64,000 nt of DNA from Candidatus Multivoradales bacterium (GTDB lineage Bacteria; Acidobacteriota; Thermoanaerobaculia; Multivoradales; J023). The stretch spans positions 1,568,001 to 1,632,000 of the forward strand of contig CBDFLE010000005.1 of NCBI GenBank assembly GCA_965248925.1. Direction: 5' to 3'. Below, one piece after another: positions 29,475-39,271 of the stretch. The notes beneath the pieces were generated by a model that saw only the letters and a program-made list of their open reading frames with translations, was not told the origin of the DNA and made no database searches. The number at the start of each line of letters is the position of its first letter. Position 1 is the stretch's first letter. The position numbers and the translations under genes are program-made.

Positions 29475-30503
29475 ATGGCACATCCTCACTCGGTCCCGTC
29501 CTTTCTCACGGCGGGGCTGCTGGTGATAGTGCTGTTCGCATTGCTGCCTGGAGTCGAGCCCGAAGCTCAGACCGAGGTCACCGACTCGAACGCTGCCACG
29601 GCCCCTGCGGAAGACCTGCCCGCGGAAAGCTTGCCCGCAGCCTTTTTCCTCGGCCCGCAAGCCTGCTTGCAATGCCACTTCGAGCGCTTTGAAAGCTACG
29701 AGAACAGCCCCCACGGGCTGATCAACGATCCCCGCACTCCGGCGTCGCGTAACGGCTGCGAGACTTGCCACAACCCCGGCAGCAACCACGTCGGAGGGGG
29801 TGGCGGCCGCGGCATCGGCGAAATGCAGAACTTCACCGACGCGACACCGGTGGGGGTGCGCAACGGGGTCTGCCTGCAATGCCACAACCGCGGCTATCCG
29901 GCGCTGTGGATGGGCAGCATGCACGAGACCCGGCAACTCGCCTGCACCGACTGCCACAGCATTCACAAGGGCCATCGCAAACTGCTAGTCGAAGCCAGCC
30001 AACCGCAGGTCTGCACTCGCTGCCACCAGCTGATTCGCGCTCAACTGCTGCGCCCCTCTCGCCATCCAATCCGTGAAGAAAAGCTGGTCTGCACCGACTG
30101 CCACAATCCCCACGGCACCCTCACCGAGCGGCTGATCGACGCCAATACGGTGAACGAGAAGTGCTACGACTGCCATGCCGAAAAGCGTGGCCCGTTCCTC
30201 TGGGACCATCCGCCGGTGCGCGAGAGCTGCCTCAATTGCCATGAGCCCCACGGCTCAACCCACGAGCCGCTGCTCAAGCTCAAACGCCCCTTCCTCTGCC
30301 AGCGTTGTCACGCCGACCCGGACCACGCCAACGTTCTGTGGGCGCTGAGCGAGGAAGAAGCCGCCGCCGGCCTGTCGCCCTACGAACTGCCGGACCGCCG
30401 CAGCGGCCGTCCGGCGGCGCAGCTCTTCAACCGGAGCTGTACCAATTGTCACGTCAACTTCCACGGCAGCAACCACCCCTCCGGGCGTTGGTTCCATCGC
30501 TAG
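29475..30503 (+). CDS. mtrA: Decaheme c-type cytochrome, DmsE/MtrA/PioA/MtoA family
   Basis: Ten CxxCH motifs counted (CLQCH, CETCH, CLQCH, CTDCH, CTRCH, CTDCH, CYDCH, CLNCH, CQRCH, CTNCH), plus EKRGPFLWDHPPV and HGSNHPSG. Signal peptide from ATG 29475. Confidence 0.95.
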   Translation: MAHPHSVPSFLTAGLLVIVLFALLPGVEPEAQTEVTDSNAATAPAEDLPAESLPAAFFLGPQACLQCHFERFESYENSPHGLINDPRTPASRNGCETCHNPGSNHVGGGGGRGIGEMQNFTDATPVGVRNGVCLQCHNRGYPALWMGSMHETRQLACTDCHSIHKGHRKLLVEASQPQVCTRCHQLIRAQLLRPSRHPIREEKLVCTDCHNPHGTLTERLIDANTVNEKCYDCHAEKRGPFLWDHPPVRESCLNCHEPHGSTHEPLLKLKRPFLCQRCHADPDHANVLWALSEEEAAAGLSPYELPDRRSGRPAAQLFNRSCTNCHVNFHGSNHPSGRWFHR

Positions 30504-30517
30504 GCGAGGAGGCTAAG

Positions 30518-33031
30518 ATGCTCAAGTCCTTGAATTGCCCGCCGCTCCTAGCCACCCTCTGGCTGCTCGCCGCGGTCTGGCCAGCTTTGATCGTCGCCGA
30601 GGAAGAACACCAGCTAGAGACCGAGGCCCCCAACATCGAGGCCGAGGCCGAAGTCGAGAGTCCGCCCACTGAAGAACAAGTGATCGACATCGAACAACGC
30701 TGGCGGCTAACCCCGCGGCGCGACTTCGAGTTTCGCCTGAGCCCCAACGTTGGCCTGCGCACTCCCCTGTTGAGCCCCCTCTACAGCAAGACCCAACCCG
30801 ACTATCTCGGCACCCCGCGAGAGCGCCCCAATAATTGGGCGTTGGCGGCGTCGCTGACTACTTTGACCGCCTCGGGAGAGCGTGATTCGGGCAAGGCCCA
30901 GGAATTCCGCGACCTCAGCGACGGAGTGGCGGTGGGAGTCGACGCCCAGCTGCGCACCGCCAAGAGCTGGCTGCGGCTCAGCGGTCGCCACTTGCTGCGC
31001 GACGACCACGATGTACGTCTGGAATTGCGCCATTTCGGTGTCTTCAAGACCAGCCTCTACCTCAACGCGATTCCCCACAACTACGTCTTCGACACGCCGT
31101 CGCTCTACCGCGGTGTCGGCAGCGGTCGGCTGACTATCGACGACGCCACCCGCACCAGCTTGCAGGGCTCGACCTCATTGCAAGACGCCGCCCAGCGCGC
31201 CGAGGCGGCGGTGGCGGCGGCACCACGGGTCGATCTCGGCCACACCCGCGACCGCTTGCGCTTCGATCTCGACTTCACTCTGCTGCACCCGCTGACTGTG
31301 CAACTGCGTTTCGATCGCGAATCGCGCCAAGGGACCCGGCCGTGGAGCGGTAGCTTCGGCTTCAGCAACTTCGTCGAGATCCCCTGGCCGGTGGACTACG
31401 ACACCGAGAGCGCCCGCTTGACTGTCGAGTACGCCAACAAGAAATCCTTCTTCAAAGCGAGCTATCGGGCGAGTTCCTTCGACAACAACATCAGCAGCGT
31501 GCAGTTCGACAATCCCTGGCGACTGACCGACCAGAGCGGTTCGCCGCCAGCAATTTTAGCGAGCTATCAGAATGGCCCGGCGAGCGGTCTGATCGACCTC
31601 TATCCGACCAACGAGAGCCACGATCTGAGCTTCACCGGCCTGCTGCGCGAGCTGCCGTGGAAGGGCAATCTGTCGGCCACCGTGGCCTGGGGGCGGATGG
31701 AGCAAGACGACCCCCTGCTGCCCTTCACCACCAACACCACTATCGTGCCGGGGCAGGCGGGCAATCCTCCCTTCGACGCCTCAGACCCGGCCAACCAAGT
31801 GATCGACCGGGTGCGCAGCCAATTCGACACCCGGCTGATTCACCTCCGCTACACCGCCAAGCCGAAGCCCTTCATGCGCTTGAAGTTGCAGTTCCGCGAC
31901 TATCAAGTCAACAACGAGTCCGATCGGGTCCTCTTCCCCGGCTTCGTGGTCGAGGACGCGGCCTACCGGGCACCGGCTACCGGTTCCGACGGCTTTACTA
32001 ATGTGCCGATCGCTTGGCAACGCTCGCGGCTGAGTGGCGAACTAGCCTTCGATGTGGCCAAGAAGAGCCGGCTGACTTTCTTGCTCGAACACCGCGAGAC
32101 CGACCGCGAGTTTCGCGAAGTGGCCAAGTCGGAAGAAGACCGGTTCAAAGTCTCCTATGACTCCAAGCCCCACGACTGGCTGGAACTCAAACTCTCCTAC
32201 TTGCTTTCCGAGCGCCGCATCGACACCTACGACTTCGCCCAATTCTTCAGCGAACAAGGCAGAACCCGCTTCATCCCGGTGTTGCCGCTGCTGCGCAAAT
32301 TCGACCAGGCCGAGCGCGACCGCGATCGCTGGCAACTGATCGTCTCGTTCTACCCCAATGACTCGTTGCAAATCGTCACCTCGGCGATTGTCGGCAACGA
32401 CACCTATCCGGATTCCGAATTCGGCCTACAGAGTTCCGATCACCGCATCTATTCGGCCGATCTGGCGTGGACCGCCAACCCTCGCTTCAGCCTCTACAGC
32501 TCGCTCAGCTGGGAGAACTTCGACAAAACCCAGCGCTCACGGCAGTGGCAGTTCTTCCAAGCCGGCGACCCCTTCAATCTGGAACCTGGAGTGGCGTCGA
32601 ACAGCAATTGGCGGGCCGATCACAGCGACGATATTCAGACCTTCACCGCTGGGCTGGAGGCGGTCCTGGTGCCTGACAAAGTGAAGTTCGAATGTGTTCT
32701 GACTTGGGTCGAGACCGATGGTGAGATCCTGCTGTCGAGCCCCATCGGCGAGGTCGATGCCAATCCCTTTGATCCGGCCGATTTTCGCTCGGTCGACGAT
32801 GTTGAGATCCTCACCCTGCAACCCAAGCTCGAACTCACCCTGGGCGAGCATCTGGCCCTTGAAGCTTCTTACTTCCGCGAGGAATACAGCATTGACGACA
32901 TCGGTACTCAGGGCTATCGCCTGGTGCCGGTGACCCGCGACGGTGCGTTCAACGGCGCCATTCTGATGGGCAGCCAACCCACCAACTACGATCTCGACGT
33001 GGTCTACCTGACTTTGAAGCTGGGTCTGTGA
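30518..33031 (+). CDS. mtrB: MtrB/PioB-family outer-membrane beta-barrel
   Basis: GAGGAGG RBS and signal peptide. About 840 aa of amphipathic beta-strands (KAQEFRD, EIPWPVDY, FDNP, LRKFDQAERDR), directly after the decaheme gene. Confidence 0.9.
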   Translation: MLKSLNCPPLLATLWLLAAVWPALIVAEEEHQLETEAPNIEAEAEVESPPTEEQVIDIEQRWRLTPRRDFEFRLSPNVGLRTPLLSPLYSKTQPDYLGTPRERPNNWALAASLTTLTASGERDSGKAQEFRDLSDGVAVGVDAQLRTAKSWLRLSGRHLLRDDHDVRLELRHFGVFKTSLYLNAIPHNYVFDTPSLYRGVGSGRLTIDDATRTSLQGSTSLQDAAQRAEAAVAAAPRVDLGHTRDRLRFDLDFTLLHPLTVQLRFDRESRQGTRPWSGSFGFSNFVEIPWPVDYDTESARLTVEYANKKSFFKASYRASSFDNNISSVQFDNPWRLTDQSGSPPAILASYQNGPASGLIDLYPTNESHDLSFTGLLRELPWKGNLSATVAWGRMEQDDPLLPFTTNTTIVPGQAGNPPFDASDPANQVIDRVRSQFDTRLIHLRYTAKPKPFMRLKLQFRDYQVNNESDRVLFPGFVVEDAAYRAPATGSDGFTNVPIAWQRSRLSGELAFDVAKKSRLTFLLEHRETDREFREVAKSEEDRFKVSYDSKPHDWLELKLSYLLSERRIDTYDFAQFFSEQGRTRFIPVLPLLRKFDQAERDRDRWQLIVSFYPNDSLQIVTSAIVGNDTYPDSEFGLQSSDHRIYSADLAWTANPRFSLYSSLSWENFDKTQRSRQWQFFQAGDPFNLEPGVASNSNWRADHSDDIQTFTAGLEAVLVPDKVKFECVLTWVETDGEILLSSPIGEVDANPFDPADFRSVDDVEILTLQPKLELTLGEHLALEASYFREEYSIDDIGTQGYRLVPVTRDGAFNGAILMGSQPTNYDLDVVYLTLKLGL

Positions 33032-33042
33032 GGAGGTCACCG

Positions 33043-34032
33043 ATGCGCTACCTACCGACCCCCGCAGGCCTACTAAAGGCCCTCGTCGCAGTCTTGCTGC
33101 TGCTTCATCTGGCAGCCACGGCGACCGCCCAGGACGATTGGGGCGACGAGAGCGACAGCGCCTGCGGCGGCCTGCTCGACGATCCCCAAAGACTGGCCGA
33201 AGTGCTGGCGCAAGTGCCCAAGTACGGCACCTCCTGGGCCTTGGTCTTCTCCGACCAGCTCGGCGACCGCGCGCCAAGCGCCGAGCAGCAAGATCTGTCG
33301 TCGCTTTCGGTAGCCACCTTGGCCGACAGCCCGGCGCTGGCGATGGCCGCCGAACTCGGCCAGCCGAACACCACCCCCTACCCACAGGCCAACGCCGGCA
33401 GCGCCGTCGAAGACGTGCTGGCGGGGACGATCGACAGCGCCCTACTATGGGCCCCCTTGGCCGGTCTGGCGGTGCTCGAACTCGACTTCGACTACACCTT
33501 GAGCCTGCTCGGCGTCGGCCCACCGGCTGGACCCGGCGCGGCAAATGCTGGCGCTAGTGCCGCCGCGGCAGCGCCCCTCGACCCTTGTGCCGAAGAAATC
33601 CTCATTACCCTCGAATCCTACGGCGTGGTGCCAGCTGAAAAACGCCAACCGGTCTACATCCGTGACTTGATCCTGTTGCCGGCCCCCGAGCGCAGCCTCG
33701 ACAGCGCCCATTTGGGGGCGCCGATCTACGCCCTGCAATGCGCCAAATGTCATGGCGTCGAAGGGATCGCCGCCAGCGACTCCCTAGCGCCGGTCGATCT
33801 GCAGATCTCGGTGCGCCGCTTCAGTTGGCCAGGCTTTCTCTACATCGCGCTCAACGGCCGGCCGCAGAACGGCATGCCGGGCTTCCGTGGCGCCATCGAG
33901 CGCCAGCAGCTGGAGGAGATCTATCAGTACGTCCGCGAGCGTAGCTACGGTACCCTGACGGTCACCGGCAACTACCCGGTACCCGGCAGCGAGTCAGCAG
34001 CAGTCGCCCAAGACTCGTCATCCGACCCCTAG
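33043..34032 (+). CDS. Periplasmic fusion: MxaJ/XoxJ-like binding-protein segment + monoheme cytochrome c
   Basis: Signal peptide. YGTSWALVF and DVLAGTIDSALLWAPLAG resemble MxaJ/XoxJ motifs. C-terminal CAKCH with GMPGF axial Met. Confidence 0.7.
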   Translation: MRYLPTPAGLLKALVAVLLLLHLAATATAQDDWGDESDSACGGLLDDPQRLAEVLAQVPKYGTSWALVFSDQLGDRAPSAEQQDLSSLSVATLADSPALAMAAELGQPNTTPYPQANAGSAVEDVLAGTIDSALLWAPLAGLAVLELDFDYTLSLLGVGPPAGPGAANAGASAAAAAPLDPCAEEILITLESYGVVPAEKRQPVYIRDLILLPAPERSLDSAHLGAPIYALQCAKCHGVEGIAASDSLAPVDLQISVRRFSWPGFLYIALNGRPQNGMPGFRGAIERQQLEEIYQYVRERSYGTLTVTGNYPVPGSESAAVAQDSSSDP

Positions 34033-34054
34033 TCCAGAAACAAGGAGCGCAGAT

Positions 34055-34858
34055 ATGACCTCCCGACCCACCCTCCACCGGCGCCTGCTGCAAACTGCGC
34101 TAGTGCTGATTTTGACCGCCGGCTTCCTCGCCCCGACCACCGCCAGCGCCGATGGCACCATCGAAGGCAAGGTGGTCTTCAGCGGCAAACCGCGGCGCAA
34201 CCCGCTGATCCGCATGGGCGCCGATCCCAACTGCCTGGAGATCAACCAGGGCAAGAAAGTCGTGAACCACATCGTCAAACTCGGCGAAGGCGGTGCGGTC
34301 GGCGAGGTCTTCGTCCACCTCACCGGTGAAGTAACCTACAGCGGCGGCGTGCCAACCAAGCCCGTGGTGATCGTTCAAGAAGGCTGCATCTACCATCCCA
34401 AGGTCAGCGGTGGCATGGTCGGCCAGACCCTCAAGGTGATCAACAAAGACGCTACCTTGCACAACATCCATGCGATCTCCGACAAACGCAACAACTTCAA
34501 CGTCGGCCAGCCCAAAGCGGGCATGGAATACGAGACCAAGCTCGCTTCCGCGGAAGTCATGCTAAAGGTGAAATGCGACGTCCACCCGTGGATGCAGGGC
34601 TACATCGGTGTGCTCTCCCATCCCTACTTCGCAGTCACTAACGACGACGGTACTTTCCGCATCGAGAACGTGCCGGCTGGCAGCTACTCCCTACAAGCCC
34701 TGCAAGCCCGCCTGGGCACCGAAGACCAGCAGATCGAGGTCAAGGACGGCGAAACCGTGACCGTCGAATTCACCTACGGCCCGCCCACCTCCGCCGAGCT
34801 TTTCGACGGCGGCTTGCCGGTTAAAGAGCTGACCGTCCACACCGCCGCGGCACGCTAG
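34055..34858 (+). CDS. Secreted cupredoxin-like protein with carboxypeptidase-regulatory-like domain
   Basis: Signal peptide. LHNIH and KCDVHPWM give a His/Cys/His/Met type-1 copper ligand pattern. FAVTNDDGTFRIENVPAGSY is a CarboxypepD_reg-like motif. Confidence 0.75.
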   Translation: MTSRPTLHRRLLQTALVLILTAGFLAPTTASADGTIEGKVVFSGKPRRNPLIRMGADPNCLEINQGKKVVNHIVKLGEGGAVGEVFVHLTGEVTYSGGVPTKPVVIVQEGCIYHPKVSGGMVGQTLKVINKDATLHNIHAISDKRNNFNVGQPKAGMEYETKLASAEVMLKVKCDVHPWMQGYIGVLSHPYFAVTNDDGTFRIENVPAGSYSLQALQARLGTEDQQIEVKDGETVTVEFTYGPPTSAELFDGGLPVKELTVHTAAAR

Positions 34859-34903
34859 GGTCGTAGAGAGGCCGACCGCCGGTAGCTTGAGCGCAAACCC
34901 CGG

Positions 34904-36007
34904 ATGAGCCTCACTATCGGCATCGACGGCCGCTACCTTGAGCCGAGCTACCCAGGAATCGGCCGTTACTTGCGCGGGTTATTAAGCGCACTGCCCGCCG
35001 CCGCCGAAGGCGAACGCTTGCGGCTGCTACAGCACCCTGGAGCCGGCCCAGCGCCAGCCGGATTCGAGCCCGTGCCCTGCCCCACCCCACTCCGTGGTCT
35101 GGGGCACCAATTTAGCCTGCCAGCCGCCGCGCGGAGTCTGGACTTGGATCTCTTTCACGCTCCCTTCTATCTCACCGCCTATCGCATGCCCTGCCCCTGG
35201 GTGGTGACGGTTTACGACGCCATCCCGGCGCGCTGGCCCTTGCCAACGCTGAGCGCTCGCTTAGCCTGGCGACTGGCGATGCGTCTTGCCCTGCGCCGCG
35301 CCCGCCACATTTTGACCTTGACGCAGGCCGCCAAGGACGAGCTGGCAACACACTTCGGCATCTCGTCGCAGAAGATAACCGTCACCCCGGCGGCCGCCAG
35401 CAAGCAGTTCGCCCCCCAATCACCGACTGCCATCGAGGCGCTGCGCCAACGCCTGCGGCTAGACCAGCCCTACGTTCTCTATGTCGGTGTCGACCGGCCA
35501 CATAAGAACCTGCCGAGACTGATCGAGGCGTGGGCCGAACTGCGCCGCTCGGGAGTCTTCCACGGCGAGTTGGTGCTGGCCGGCCAGCGTGATCCACGCT
35601 TTCCCCAGAGCGAACAGACCGTCCGCCGGCTGGGACTCAACGACGTGCGCTTCCTCGGACCGGTCGATGAGACCGACTTGCCGGCTCTCTATGCCGGTGC
35701 CGAGCTATTCGTCCTGCCCTCCCTGCACGAGGGCTTTGGCCTGCCAGTGATCGAGGCCATGGCCTGCGGCACTGCGGTGGCTTGTGCCAACGGCTCCAGC
35801 CTGCCCGAAGTCGCAGGCAGCGCGGCACGGTTGTTCGACGGCGAGCGACCTGCAGCTATCGCCGAGGCCCTGGCCGATGTGTTGAGCGCTCCAGATCTGC
35901 GCCAAGAACTCGAGCGCCGCGGCCAACAACGCGCCGCGGCCCTATCCTGGAACAACACCGCCCGACTGACCGTCGAGGTCTACCGCCGAGTGGCCGCTGG
36001 AATCTAA
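34904..36007 (+). CDS. Glycosyltransferase family 4 (mannosyltransferase-like)
   Basis: GIGRY, HKNL, PSLHEGFGLPVIEAMACG and SLPEV motifs. Confidence 0.92.
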   Translation: MSLTIGIDGRYLEPSYPGIGRYLRGLLSALPAAAEGERLRLLQHPGAGPAPAGFEPVPCPTPLRGLGHQFSLPAAARSLDLDLFHAPFYLTAYRMPCPWVVTVYDAIPARWPLPTLSARLAWRLAMRLALRRARHILTLTQAAKDELATHFGISSQKITVTPAAASKQFAPQSPTAIEALRQRLRLDQPYVLYVGVDRPHKNLPRLIEAWAELRRSGVFHGELVLAGQRDPRFPQSEQTVRRLGLNDVRFLGPVDETDLPALYAGAELFVLPSLHEGFGLPVIEAMACGTAVACANGSSLPEVAGSAARLFDGERPAAIAEALADVLSAPDLRQELERRGQQRAAALSWNNTARLTVEVYRRVAAGI

Positions 36008-36010
36008 GCG

Positions 36011-37129
36011 GTGCGCATCCTGCACGTCTACAAAGACTACCCACCGGTGCTCGGTGGCATCGAAGGCCATCTCCAGCTGCTCGCCGAAGGCCAGGCCAGG
36101 CTCGGTCATCAGGTCACCGTACTGGTCACCGCGCGCGGCCCGCGCACCACCGTTCGCCACGAAAACGGCGTCGAAGTCATCCGCGCCGCCCGCCTAGCCA
36201 CCCTCGCCTCGACCCCCCTCAGCCTGAGCTTGCCTCGCCAGTTGGCGACACTGCGTCCCGACCTGACCCATCTACAATTCCCCTATCCACCGGGCGAGCT
36301 GGCCCAGCTGCTGCTCGGCCGTTCGCGAGCCACGGTAGTGACCTACCAGAGCGACATCGTCCGTCAGCGCCTGCTCGGCTGGCTCTACCGGCCGCTGATG
36401 TGGCGTCTGCTGCGTCGTGCCGACGCGATCCTCGCCACCAGCGCGGCCTACCGCGACAGCTCGCCGGTGCTGAGCCGGCTCGGTGAGCGGTGCCGGGTCG
36501 TGCCCCTGGGCATCGATGTCGAGCGCTTTAGCCAGTCAGACCCACGGTCCGTCACGGACTTCGAGAGACGATTCCCAGAGCCAAGGATTCTGTTTGTCGG
36601 CAGGCTGCGTTACTACAAAGGAGTCGAGCATCTGATCGATGCCATGGCCCAGCTCGGTAAAGCGAGCCTGTTGATCGCCGGCCGCGGCCCACTCGAAGAC
36701 AAATTACATCGTCAGGCAGCGGCTTCACCGGTCGCGGATCGCATCCATTTCCTCGGCGACATTCCGGCCGCCGACCTACCGGCCCTCTATCAAGCCGCCG
36801 ATATCTTTGTCCTACCAGCCACCCGCCGCAGCGAAGCCTTCGGCTTGGTACAAGTCGAAGCCATGGCCGCCGGCCTGCCGGTGATCTCCACCGAACTCGG
36901 CACCGGCACCAGCTTCGTCAACCGCCACGGCGAAACCGGCCTGGTCGTGCCGCCGGCAGATACCGACGCGCTGGCGACAGCGCTGAGCGAGCTGCTCGGC
37001 TCGGTTGAGGAACGGCGACGGCTAGGGGACGGGGCTCGACGCCGCGCTTGGCAACGCTTTGATGTTCGGCAGATGATTGAGAGGACTCTGGAGGTTTATT
37101 CTGAAGTGCTGACAGACCACACTCACTGA
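36011..37129 (+). CDS. Glycosyltransferase family 4
   Basis: KDYPPVLGGIE, GRLRYYKG and SEAFGLVQVEAM motifs. Confidence 0.92.
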   Translation: MRILHVYKDYPPVLGGIEGHLQLLAEGQARLGHQVTVLVTARGPRTTVRHENGVEVIRAARLATLASTPLSLSLPRQLATLRPDLTHLQFPYPPGELAQLLLGRSRATVVTYQSDIVRQRLLGWLYRPLMWRLLRRADAILATSAAYRDSSPVLSRLGERCRVVPLGIDVERFSQSDPRSVTDFERRFPEPRILFVGRLRYYKGVEHLIDAMAQLGKASLLIAGRGPLEDKLHRQAAASPVADRIHFLGDIPAADLPALYQAADIFVLPATRRSEAFGLVQVEAMAAGLPVISTELGTGTSFVNRHGETGLVVPPADTDALATALSELLGSVEERRRLGDGARRRAWQRFDVRQMIERTLEVYSEVLTDHTH

Positions 37130-37240
37130 CCGCCGACCTCGTACCCCGCTCCCGCAGCAAGATCGCGTGGGCATTGGTGGCCCCTCGCTCCCTTCTGAAT
37201 GGCTCGATCACGGTCTTGAAGGTTGCTTCGTGACTGCGGC

Positions 37241-37735
37241 TCAGGACTGTGATCCCAGGACGAAGCGCGCCCGCTCACCGCGCAGCATAGCGTATGGCGT
37301 CATGCACTTGATCCCGAGGCCGATACAGGCATCGGGGATCTTGATCCTGCGCTCGCTGGCCGATGGTATCTCGTGAGTCACCACGGTATGGCCGTAGGCG
37401 TGGGCCTGGGGGACCAAGTAGTAGTCCGCCACCTGCAGGAAGGTGTTGACCGCGGAGGGAAAGTAGCTCTGGCTGGTGGCCCAGACACTGACCACGGACA
37501 GGGAAGACAGCAAGGCCGACTCGGGCTGCAGAAAGAAACCCGCGCCGCGCTCGGCCGCCCAGAGCGACAGCTCGTCTGCCCCTGCTTGCACTTCGTCGCC
37601 CACTTTCTCCACGCTGTAGACAGTACCGGCCGTATTCTGCTCGATCAACCACTCCCAGAACGCCGGACAGAAGTCCAGCCCATAGTGCAGGTTCTTGGCC
37701 CGGATGAAAACGTCGGCATCGAGAAGGTAAGCCAT
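37241..37735 (-). CDS. DUF4411-family PIN-like protein
   Basis: YLLDADVFI, FW.WL, ADYYLV, VVTHE and KIPDAC motifs. Coupled to the upstream gene by a TAATG overlap. Confidence 0.88.
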   Translation of the reverse strand: MAYLLDADVFIRAKNLHYGLDFCPAFWEWLIEQNTAGTVYSVEKVGDEVQAGADELSLWAAERGAGFFLQPESALLSSLSVVSVWATSQSYFPSAVNTFLQVADYYLVPQAHAYGHTVVTHEIPSASERRIKIPDACIGLGIKCMTPYAMLRGERARFVLGSQS

Positions 37736-38880
37736 TACACCGGAATCCCCAAACTGTGGCCGAGTTCCCGGAAAGTGGCCATCTTCTTGAAGCCCAGCAG
37801 CCGAAAGGACTCAGTGAACGACGAGCGCCCTTCGAGGGTGCTGACCACCAGCGCCCGTGCGAAGCGCCGGCTCACCCGCGCTCCCAGGGTGAGGTAGAAG
37901 TTGCCGCCGCTGCCGCGAGGCAGGCTGTGTAGCCGTTCTAGCTCAGCGTGGAAGGCGGTCCAGTAGGTCGAGTCTTCGAACCCGCCAGCATCGTGGATCC
38001 GGCGGAGAATCACCAGCGTGCTCACTTTGAACCGTCGTGCCAAGCGATGGATCTCGCCCGCCAGTTCAGCGCCTGAATCAAAGGCTTCACGAACGGCAAC
38101 CAGCGGCACGAGGACTTCGGCAGCCACCTGATTGCACCAACGTTCGACCCGGTGTTTCGGCGGGCTCGAAGCCTGGGAATCCGAAAGGGCCGATTGGCCG
38201 AGCCAGAGGTGAACGAGTTCATGGGCCAAGGTGAACATCTGGGCAGCCTTGGTGTCGCTGCCGTTGATGAACACCAGCGGCGCCAGCTCGTCGACCAAGG
38301 CGAAGCCGCGGAACTCTCGCGGGTCGAGTTTGCGCCGGTTGTTGCTGCCCACCACTCCGCTCACCATGACCAAGATTCCCGCGGCGTCCGCCAATCGGAT
38401 AAAACGGCGCAGGGCTTCGGTCCAGGTCCCTAGCTGACGGCGTTCTTCGAGGTCGAGTCCAAGCTCCTGACGAATACGGGCAGCTGTCGACACGACATCG
38501 TCCAAGATTTCGACCGAGCCGACGAAGCCCAGTGGAGTTTCGCCCATGGTGCGAGCAAAGTCTCGATACCACTCCTGGCGTTGCTGGCAAAGGTAGAGCG
38601 TCTCCAAAAGATCCGCACTCGGCTTGGCGACCGGCTGGTCGGCTATGGTACGGAAATCAGGGATGGGGACGGACTCAGCCGGCGGCTCCGGGAGGAATAG
38701 CAAGCCGATCGGGGTATGAGTGCTGTTGGCAAACTTCTCGAGCTGCTTCAAAGTCGGTAGCCGCTCGCCCCGCTCCCAAGCGGCTAGCTGCGGAATCCGC
38801 CGGGTCAACTCGGCCGGCTCGATGCGGGAACGCTCGCAGGCCCAGCGCAATAGCTCCGGGCGAATACGGACGCGATTCAT
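37735..38880 (-). CDS. XRE-type HTH + ImmA/IrrE metallo-endopeptidase fusion
   Basis: N-terminal HTH (WERGERLPTLKQL), FRGFAL, FTLAHELVH (HExxH) and E.WCN.VAAE. Confidence 0.9.
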   Translation of the reverse strand: MNRVRIRPELLRWACERSRIEPAELTRRIPQLAAWERGERLPTLKQLEKFANSTHTPIGLLFLPEPPAESVPIPDFRTIADQPVAKPSADLLETLYLCQQRQEWYRDFARTMGETPLGFVGSVEILDDVVSTAARIRQELGLDLEERRQLGTWTEALRRFIRLADAAGILVMVSGVVGSNNRRKLDPREFRGFALVDELAPLVFINGSDTKAAQMFTLAHELVHLWLGQSALSDSQASSPPKHRVERWCNQVAAEVLVPLVAVREAFDSGAELAGEIHRLARRFKVSTLVILRRIHDAGGFEDSTYWTAFHAELERLHSLPRGSGGNFYLTLGARVSRRFARALVVSTLEGRSSFTESFRLLGFKKMATFRELGHSLGIPV

Positions 38881-39084
38881 TCAGCTTGCTCCCCAAGGTC
38901 AACAATGGCGAATGGATCGGTGCAGACGGCGACAATGACGAGAATCGTACAGTAATTCTCAAGGATGAGGAAAAGGCTGCAAAATGCATACACCGCGGGC
39001 ACTTTGTCATGCAAAGTGCCCGCGGTATGAGCAGAATGCACGATTTCGGTTGGCTCGAACGGATGGCTACAGCTCAAGACCACC

Positions 39085-39262
39085 CAGTCGTCACCCTGGC
39101 GGCGCTGGAACTCCACCACCCAGCGCAACGTCTCGTCGAACCCCAGCGACGGTCGCCAGCCGACCAGCTCACCGATCTTGCTGATCGACGGCAGCCGGCG
39201 GCGCATATCTCCGAAGCCAGGTCCGTCGGCATCTTCATAGGGCACCCGACGGATGATCGCCA
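39085..39262 (-). repeat. Diverged direct copy of the 3' end of the epimerase gene (40099-40270)
   Basis: Encodes IRRVPYEDADGPGFGDMRRRLPSISKIGELVGWRPSLGFDETLRWVVEFQRR, 45/52 aa identical to the epimerase C-terminus by manual count. The TGA stop position reads TGG here. Confidence 0.9.
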
Positions 39263-39271
39263 TGGTCCACG

